IMG/VR virus record: IMGVR_UViG_3300025137_000020
Location: 41,337-105,336 of that record
Direction: 5' to 3' (one strand)
Length of the DNA: 64,000 nucleotides
Source: a virus
Part shown: positions 58,946 through 64,000 of the stretch, in pieces
Layout of the letters: the number at the start of each line of letters is the position of its first letter
Position numbering within the stretch: position 1 is the stretch's first letter
Program-made: the position numbers and the translations under genes
The notes under the pieces: generated by a model
Told to the model about the DNA's origin: nothing
The model's input: the letters and a program-made list of their open reading frames with translations, nothing else
Database searches by the model: none

Positions 58946-59738
58946 CTGCTTCGATAGCTATTGCTTCTATTTCTTGTTGTTTAAGATCGTAAATGGTAAC
59001 AGGTATTTTCTGTCTTTCGGTTCCAACATGTATCATGTCATGCGATGGCTTATTATATTCTCCTGTTATGCAATTCAGTTTTATATTTTCTATAAACTTA
59101 TAATGTCTATCGTATACGTGTAACGAACCTACATTCCAATAGATTTCGCCTGGTTCGTATACGACATCTAAATCCAATAGAAGCTTGTCTCGTACGTGAG
59201 TCTGCCAAGCGAGGTCATTGTTGTAACCGAACACTGCATCGTTAGATCGCATATATACCGAGGTGATAAGTTTGCCATCACGAATGAAGTACTGAACATT
59301 GTTAGTACAAATAAAGTCAGACATATCATCAATCTTATAGTCTTGCCAAATAGATGGACGCGTGTAAATCATATTAGCACGACGAGAGTCTGGTGAAGTA
59401 TTTAGTTCGTGTAAAACTTCTTTATATTGGTTCCAATTGTCTTGAGAGTATGCAAGGTAGCCATAGTTAGAATTGATTACTCCCATGTTGCTCGCGGTAG
59501 CTTTCCATATTGCTGGGCATTCGCCTGGTATATCTTGAACCATTAATGATTGTGATTCATACCATTCAAGCTCGCGTTTGATGTAATCATAATTTGGTTT
59601 TCGTATAATGTATGGCTCATCAGCAACGAAACACGCATTAATAATCTCAATAGTGCTTGAGCCAGTTTTGTCGGCAACAAACTCTTTGTCTCTTAGTTTG
59701 TCTATAAACTGTTTTGTTATTTCTTTTACCTTTTGCAT
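58929..59738 (-). CDS. gp42: dCMP hydroxymethylase (T4 gp42-like thymidylate-synthase homologue)
   Basis: RELEWY, NSNYG, SRRA.MIYTRPS, DFICTN.VQY.IRD, MRSND.VFGYNND (Asp at the dCMP-specificity position), WNVGSLHVY.RH. Confidence 0.88.
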   Translation of the reverse strand: MQKVKEITKQFIDKLRDKEFVADKTGSSTIEIINACFVADEPYIIRKPNYDYIKRELEWYESQSLMVQDIPGECPAIWKATASNMGVINSNYGYLAYSQDNWNQYKEVLHELNTSPDSRRANMIYTRPSIWQDYKIDDMSDFICTNNVQYFIRDGKLITSVYMRSNDAVFGYNNDLAWQTHVRDKLLLDLDVVYEPGEIYWNVGSLHVYDRHYKFIENIKLNCITGEYNKPSHDMIHVGTERQKIPVTIYDLKQQEIEAIAIEADETNE

Positions 59739-59749
59739 AATTTAAATTC

Positions 59750-60301
59750 TTATTTTACAAGTTCTATATTACCAGAAATAATGGCTCTGTCAATACCAGA
59801 ATTGCTCGGCAATTGACAATGGAGTACATCTGAAGGCCACATGATAAACTTACCTTGCTTTGCGTCGACCACCCATTCGATGTCGCAATTTGGGTAAGAA
59901 TAATATCTAGTTCCCTGGTGGTTTTTTTCATCTATGTCTACATACCAAGCGAATGACCATCTGCTCATCATGGGCCCTTGGTCCCCGTGGTTGTGCGGAG
60001 CGTGCCATACGTTGTCTTTAGTTATTTGAGTCCACAGAGCCAAAAAATTCATATCAGATGCTCCTCTATCAGCAATAAACTCCGCGAAATTATGATTCAT
60101 ATATTTACGAAGCAAATTGAGCCATCCGTCAAAGAACACGGAAGGCTCTTCTTGGCCAAACTCGGTTCGGATGCCGTCTGGATTTGTGTTTAAACTTTCG
60201 CCAGCTTCATTTAGTGTTGAGTAATAGTCTTCAGGCGTTATGTCAGTGTCCCAAACATAGAACTCAATTGGTGGGAATGGTGTATACTTATTTGCTCCCA
60301 T
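59750..60301 (-). CDS. 2OG-Fe(II) oxygenase-like protein
   Basis: W....HAPHNH, WPS.V.H..P, R.IISGNI; start MGANK overlaps the upstream stop. Confidence 0.7.
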   Translation of the reverse strand: MGANKYTPFPPIEFYVWDTDITPEDYYSTLNEAGESLNTNPDGIRTEFGQEEPSVFFDGWLNLLRKYMNHNFAEFIADRGASDMNFLALWTQITKDNVWHAPHNHGDQGPMMSRWSFAWYVDIDEKNHQGTRYYSYPNCDIEWVVDAKQGKFIMWPSDVLHCQLPSNSGIDRAIISGNIELVK

Positions 60302-60656
60302 CGATATGCTTATTCGTTGAGGGTTCGCGGTTGAGAAAATCTTTAGAACCATCTTGGCCTTCAATGCCGTTGCGGCAATAGGCTGCAATAAAAGAGCTGT
60401 AATTGATTAGGTCTTTAGCCGAGTCTTCGATTGATTCGAAGTTTTGCTGGTACGACTCATCAGACTCCATTGCTTCAATGACTGAATACATACGAAGAAC
60501 TTTTGCGTATACAATATCTAATATCGTAAGAACACCACGTGGATAGTAGTCAGCTTGCTTAATACGCGAGTTAGGATTCTGGTAATCGTTTGATTTTTTA
60601 ATTTGTAGTTCGGCACACTCTTTAAGTACCTTTAGTGATTCTTTATCAATTGTCAT
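60288..60656 (-). CDS. Nucleotide-modification-associated all-alpha (MazG-like, DUF1599/Nmad1-type) protein
   Basis: KKSNDY, K..R, ESIEDS..DLINY. Confidence 0.7.
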   Translation of the reverse strand: MTIDKESLKVLKECAELQIKKSNDYQNPNSRIKQADYYPRGVLTILDIVYAKVLRMYSVIEAMESDESYQQNFESIEDSAKDLINYSSFIAAYCRNGIEGQDGSKDFLNREPSTNKHIDGSK

Positions 60657-60662
60657 AGTTAT

Positions 60663-60691
60663 ACTATACCTTATTTTTAGGCTTTTGTAAA
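60663..60691 (-). promoter_or_regulatory. Promoter TTTACA-17-TATAGT
   Basis: Upstream of the Nmad/oxygenase/gp42/cd genes. Confidence 0.7.
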
Positions 60692-61026
60692 TAATAAAAT
60701 TCAAGTAAAAACATCATACAGCATATTGCGTGAGCTGCATGGTGTACACCGGTTTCGGGGTCGAGCTTTTCATCTTTCATAAGAGCCCACATATGCCTTT
60801 GAGCAGCTGCAAAATAACGATCATCAATATTGTCAAGCTTTTTCCAATTGTGTCGATCGTACTTCTTTGCGCCGATGGTTAATACTTTTACCACGTCATC
60901 TAACGCGTTGGGTGGTATTAAAGAGTAGTCAGGCTTATCGTCATCAAATTTGATTCCGCCGTTTGCTGAATTCTTCTTCGCAAACTTAGCTTTCCTTTCC
61001 CACTCTTTTAGTTTTTCTTCTGTCAT
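60664..61026 (-). CDS. dATP/dGTP diphosphohydrolase-domain protein (DUF5664)
   Basis: G.KFD..KP.YSLIP, V..VLT.GA.KY...NW, AA.RH, D.ETG.HH.AHA.CC.MFL. Confidence 0.85.
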   Translation of the reverse strand: MTEEKLKEWERKAKFAKKNSANGGIKFDDDKPDYSLIPPNALDDVVKVLTIGAKKYDRHNWKKLDNIDDRYFAAAQRHMWALMKDEKLDPETGVHHAAHAICCMMFLLEFYYLQKPKNKV

Positions 61027-61193
61027 TACTTTCTTTTTTCTTTATTGTTCTTAATGGCTTTATCAATTTTAGGAGTTACCATTACTCCAACGGTTTCGTT
61101 AAATACTAATGGGCCGCTTGAACGTCCTAGTAGTTTTCGCTTAGAGGGATTTGCAGCTCTAATGTCTGCACCGGGTTTTAATTTTTTACTCAT
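61026..61193 (-). CDS. Small basic protein (55 aa)
   Basis: MSKKLKPGADIRAANP...; TAATG coupling. Confidence 0.5.
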   Translation of the reverse strand: MSKKLKPGADIRAANPSKRKLLGRSSGPLVFNETVGVMVTPKIDKAIKNNKEKRK

Positions 61194-61196
61194 ATC

Positions 61197-61430
61197 TTAT
61201 ATAAAATTTCTAAATTCTTTTAATTCTTTTACTATCTCTATAAAAAGTTCAATATCACTTTTAGTATTAATGATGGTTACTTTGTGCTGTAATAATACCT
61301 CGTTTTGTGTTGTTACAGTTTCATTTAAATTGGTTACTACTTCTTTAAGCTTTTTAGCCTCATAGTCTAATATTCCAATCCAGCCAAAAGTAAGTATTAC
61401 TGCGATGGTGATTATAATCTTTTGTCTCAT
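61197..61430 (-). CDS. Small TM + coiled-coil protein
   Basis: MRQKIIITIAVILTFGWIG. Confidence 0.55.
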   Translation of the reverse strand: MRQKIIITIAVILTFGWIGILDYEAKKLKEVVTNLNETVTTQNEVLLQHKVTIINTKSDIELFIEIVKELKEFRNFI

Positions 61431-61432
61431 AA

Positions 61433-61972
61433 TTAAAATGTTCGTTGTATATCCAATACATTGAATACATATTGTACGCACTTACATTGAGCTATTACAT
61501 CCTCAATAGCATTGTGCGCTTGGAAGTCGATTTTAGATTTGATATCGTCTGGTATTAATCCTGTTACGGTACGAGAGTCTTTCTCATTCCAAAACTTCCA
61601 TGGCTGTTGCATATCATAGTGACGATATAAATGACCAAGCATTGGAAAGTCGAATGATGGCCCTTGGCACCAAATCTTACTTACTCCGTCGAACCACTCA
61701 TTCAAAGCCAACAAACCATCTTTGACATCTACTCGATCATGCTCAGAGAAAGTATCATTACGAACTTCTTCTGATTGAGTACCCCACCACTTAAGAGTAC
61801 CGTCATCAATTATACGGCCTTTCTCTACCTGACCAGATGTATCCAACTTTAAATAAAGTTTATCAACTGGCTCGTCAGTATTAAAAGGATTGAACTTTGC
61901 CGCTCCTATAGTTAGAACAACAGCATCTTGGGTAGTACCCAGAGTTTCTAAATCAACCATTCCTTGCATCAT
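61433..61972 (-). CDS. DEDD 3'-5' exonuclease (DexA-like)
   Basis: MVDLETLG, W.QG..FD, PW.FW...DSRT, HNAIED. Confidence 0.88.
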   Translation of the reverse strand: MMQGMVDLETLGTTQDAVVLTIGAAKFNPFNTDEPVDKLYLKLDTSGQVEKGRIIDDGTLKWWGTQSEEVRNDTFSEHDRVDVKDGLLALNEWFDGVSKIWCQGPSFDFPMLGHLYRHYDMQQPWKFWNEKDSRTVTGLIPDDIKSKIDFQAHNAIEDVIAQCKCVQYVFNVLDIQRTF

Positions 61973-62013
61973 AATATATTACCTACACATTCTTTAATTT
62001 TGTTCATATATAT

Positions 62014-62042
62014 AGTATACTATATTTTGGCACAAATGTAAA
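62014..62042 (-). promoter_or_regulatory. Promoter gtcTTTACA-17-TATACT
   Basis: Upstream of the exonuclease. Confidence 0.75.
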
Positions 62043-62045
62043 GAC

Positions 62046-62699
62046 TTATTTTTCGATTTTCTTCTTAATTATCTCTTTACCGGCAGGTCCTGTCCAATGC
62101 ATTATCTTCTTATTTGGATTGTCCTGTCCTCTAGCTACTAGAACTCTTAACCACTGATACTCCATTGGCATCTCAACTAAGTTTTTTAATTGATGTGGTT
62201 GAACATGAACTAAATTGTGTAATACCTCTTGGTCACCTCTTAACCAACCGTTGTTGCACCATTCAGTCCAAACTTTTAAAATGTCTGGTGTGTCTTTTAC
62301 TACTACAACACCAGTTGCGTGCCATTTTTCATTAGCCACCTCTTTTCTTCTACACGGGTCATCTGTAATACCCATGTTAGTACCATCAACATAATCAAAT
62401 ATATCACTAATGTCTGCGAGTACTTCACAATCGACGTCTATCCAACATTTGTATTCGTATGGTGCGTCGATAAGAGTTTGAGGTTTATGAAACCACGAGC
62501 ATTTGTGATGCTTAGGATATTTAATAAAGTGGTCAGCTCTTTCTTCAGCCCATTCAGACCAGCCGTTATCCATACCAAAATCACAAATAACGACATCAGT
62601 ATTATTATGTTTCCATACATTTTCTAACCACCATGGTAGCATCCACTGATGATTAGAATCGACACCAGTTATAAAGCATTGTTTTTTCTTAGAAGACAT
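62046..62699 (-). CDS. GT-A glycosyltransferase (GT8-like)
   Basis: DFGM, W..KP, WIDVD (DxD), TGVV, GDQEVL, HWTG; start MSSKKK. Confidence 0.8.
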   Translation of the reverse strand: MSSKKKQCFITGVDSNHQWMLPWWLENVWKHNNTDVVICDFGMDNGWSEWAEERADHFIKYPKHHKCSWFHKPQTLIDAPYEYKCWIDVDCEVLADISDIFDYVDGTNMGITDDPCRRKEVANEKWHATGVVVVKDTPDILKVWTEWCNNGWLRGDQEVLHNLVHVQPHQLKNLVEMPMEYQWLRVLVARGQDNPNKKIMHWTGPAGKEIIKKKIEK

Positions 62700-62706
62700 A
62701 TAACGA

Positions 62707-62997
62707 TTATTCAGTTTCGTTATAAAATGGAAATACCATTTGTCTATCGTCTTCAGGCTGTACCTCGCTGACGCTTTCTTCTTGGGTATTAAATCGCTGT
62801 AGCAGAGCGAGCATTTCTTTTTTGTGTGATACCTCTTGTTTAAAAAGAGCCGACTCTTCATCCATCGTAGGAAGAATCATTTGCTTCTCGTTAATGTGCA
62901 ACCAATATTCAAGGCTGTCTATTTTATTTTGAACCCAGTCACTCATTCGGTGCCGGTTGCTGTAACTATGTGTTCCGTTCATATTTTTTATCTCCAA
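62707..62997 (-). CDS. Hypothetical protein
   Basis: ORF packed in operon. Confidence 0.5.
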   Translation of the reverse strand: MEIKNMNGTHSYSNRHRMSDWVQNKIDSLEYWLHINEKQMILPTMDEESALFKQEVSHKKEMLALLQRFNTQEESVSEVQPEDDRQMVFPFYNETE

Positions 62998-63485
62998 TAA
63001 TTTTTTGGATAGTATTGTTGGTGGGTGTGCCTATGACACTTTTGTAAAGCCATAGCTTCTAGGAAAGTGGGAACTATAGCACAATCGACGTGGCTATATC
63101 CTAACTCTCGTGCTGCATATAGACGATTCGACCCTCCCCATACTACAAGTAATTTTTCATCTTGTTTGTCATCCGCCATCCAAAATGGGAGTTCATTTAT
63201 AAGGTGGCCGTACTTTGCTTTCTGCCCTTTTAACTCAGCCTTTGTACATTTGACTGTCAACAATGGATTATACAATCCGTTCTTAGCTATATCATCTTTG
63301 ATCGGGCCATAAAACTCTTTGCCCAAATGTGAAATAGCTTTTGGAACAGATGCCCACAACTCGTTTACGTCATGTTGCTCAATCAGATACTTTTTATTGT
63401 GTGTTTTTGATTCGAACTTTGTGGTATTTTGCCAATACCCTTGTTTATGGTAATTGCTTTTTAATAGTCTCATTTTATAGTTCAC
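62988..63485 (-). CDS. ParB/Srx-like domain protein
   Basis: DI.KNGL.NP, GGSNRL.AARELG. Confidence 0.65.
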   Translation of the reverse strand: MNYKMRLLKSNYHKQGYWQNTTKFESKTHNKKYLIEQHDVNELWASVPKAISHLGKEFYGPIKDDIAKNGLYNPLLTVKCTKAELKGQKAKYGHLINELPFWMADDKQDEKLLVVWGGSNRLYAARELGYSHVDCAIVPTFLEAMALQKCHRHTHQQYYPKNYWR

Positions 63486-64000
63486 TGCTTAATACATATT
63501 CTAAAGCCCTTTGCGCTTCTTTTTCAATTGGTCTATTCTTATACCATCCACCCGTCTCTAAATCTATTTGTCTGCATAGAATAGTAATATCGGTTGCTGA
63601 TATAGGATATTTATACTTGATCGCAGAGCCTGCTATAGAAATCATTATCTGAAACATTTTGTGATACCATCCCGCTTCAGATATAGTACGATACTCGTCT
63701 ACTAATCGTTTATGTACGAACTTACAATCGTGGTATGAAGACCAGGTGTAGTCGTCGTTAGTAAGACTATCTTTTCTATGTTGAAGAATTGCTCTTTGCA
63801 TTTCGACAGGAAGTTTAGATAAGAATGTACCACTATTATCTACATACTCGTGCCGATCCATTAGCTCTTTAGGATTTAGTTCTTTACCTTTATTGGCGAA
63901 GCAAAAGTTAAATGCATTAGGATACACGGCTGGTATATAATACATACGAGATAAGTCTTTAGTCTGTGGGTCACCAATAGAATTGAACTCTTTATTTAGT
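63475..64000 (-). CDS. C-terminal part of a primase/prim-pol-like protein (5' end outside the window)
   Basis: Frame is open to 64000: ..GDPQTKDLSRMYYIPA; helical C-terminal domain GWYHKM...WY.NRP..EA.RA. Confidence 0.6.
   Translation of the reverse strand, partial: LNKEFNSIGDPQTKDLSRMYYIPAVYPNAFNFCFANKGKELNPKELMDRHEYVDNSGTFLSKLPVEMQRAILQHRKDSLTNDDYTWSSYHDCKFVHKRLVDEYRTISEAGWYHKMFQIMISIAGSAIKYKYPISATDITILCRQIDLETGGWYKNRPIEKEAQRALEYVLSSEL

Noticed and set aside
58929-59738. Ordinary thymidylate synthase (td)
   Set aside because: It lacks the LxPCH and PFN motifs and has DFICTN and FGYNND, typical of dCMP-modifying gp42 enzymes.
59750-60301. TET/JBP dioxygenase working with the C5-MTase
   Set aside because: It has an HxH motif and the short layout of generic phage 2OG oxygenases, not the HxD TET/JBP pattern.
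60664-61026. 2-aminoadenine (Z) or 7-deazaguanine system implied by DUF5664
   Set aside because: No purZ, folE/queCDE or dpdA is visible in the window; it cannot be supported here.
1-64000. CRISPR array, diversity-generating retroelement, integrase or IS element
   Set aside because: I saw no regularly spaced repeats, reverse transcriptase, recombinase or transposase motifs.

Overview
This 64-kb window is part of a large, AT-rich, T4-like (myovirus) phage genome of the environmental/marine type. It is not bacterial chromosome. Left to right: (1-33.7 kb, minus strand) a late baseplate/fibre module containing a truncated fibre gene, a VrlC/DUF4815 protein, gp8, a giant 3677-aa gp7, gp6, gp25, PAAR gp5.4, a GH10 glycoside-hydrolase fusion, a lysozyme-less gp5, hub, gp53 and gp48. 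(33.7-38.5 kb, plus) gp4, gp2, gp54-like, gp26, gp51-like and tape measure. Then tRNA-Arg, gp32/gp59/gp33, a hypervariable block of small early genes, a late membrane/lysis block (SleB-like hydrolase, holin-like, outer-membrane barrel), glyA, a flavin-dependent halogenase, tRNA-Glu, gp41 and uvsX. (53.9-64 kb) A dense DNA-modification locus: dCMP hydroxymethylase, dCMP deaminase, two nucleotide pyrophosphatase-type proteins, an alpha-glucosyltransferase-like enzyme, a HAD-phosphatase/kinase fusion, a cytidylyltransferase, an atypical C5-methyltransferase, a 2OG oxygenase, a GT-A enzyme and a ParB-like protein. The best candidates for undescribed biology are: (i) a cytosine hypermodification pathway that appears to build its own activated donor, with two enzymes carrying clamp-binding-like C-termini; (ii) a xylanase-family enzyme encoded between gp5 and PAAR; (iii) a -1 frameshift signal joining gp26 to gp51 just upstream of the tape measure; (iv) compact H-type pseudoknots in front of start codons lacking Shine-Dalgarno sites. 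All family assignments come from recognising motifs by eye; no searches were run.
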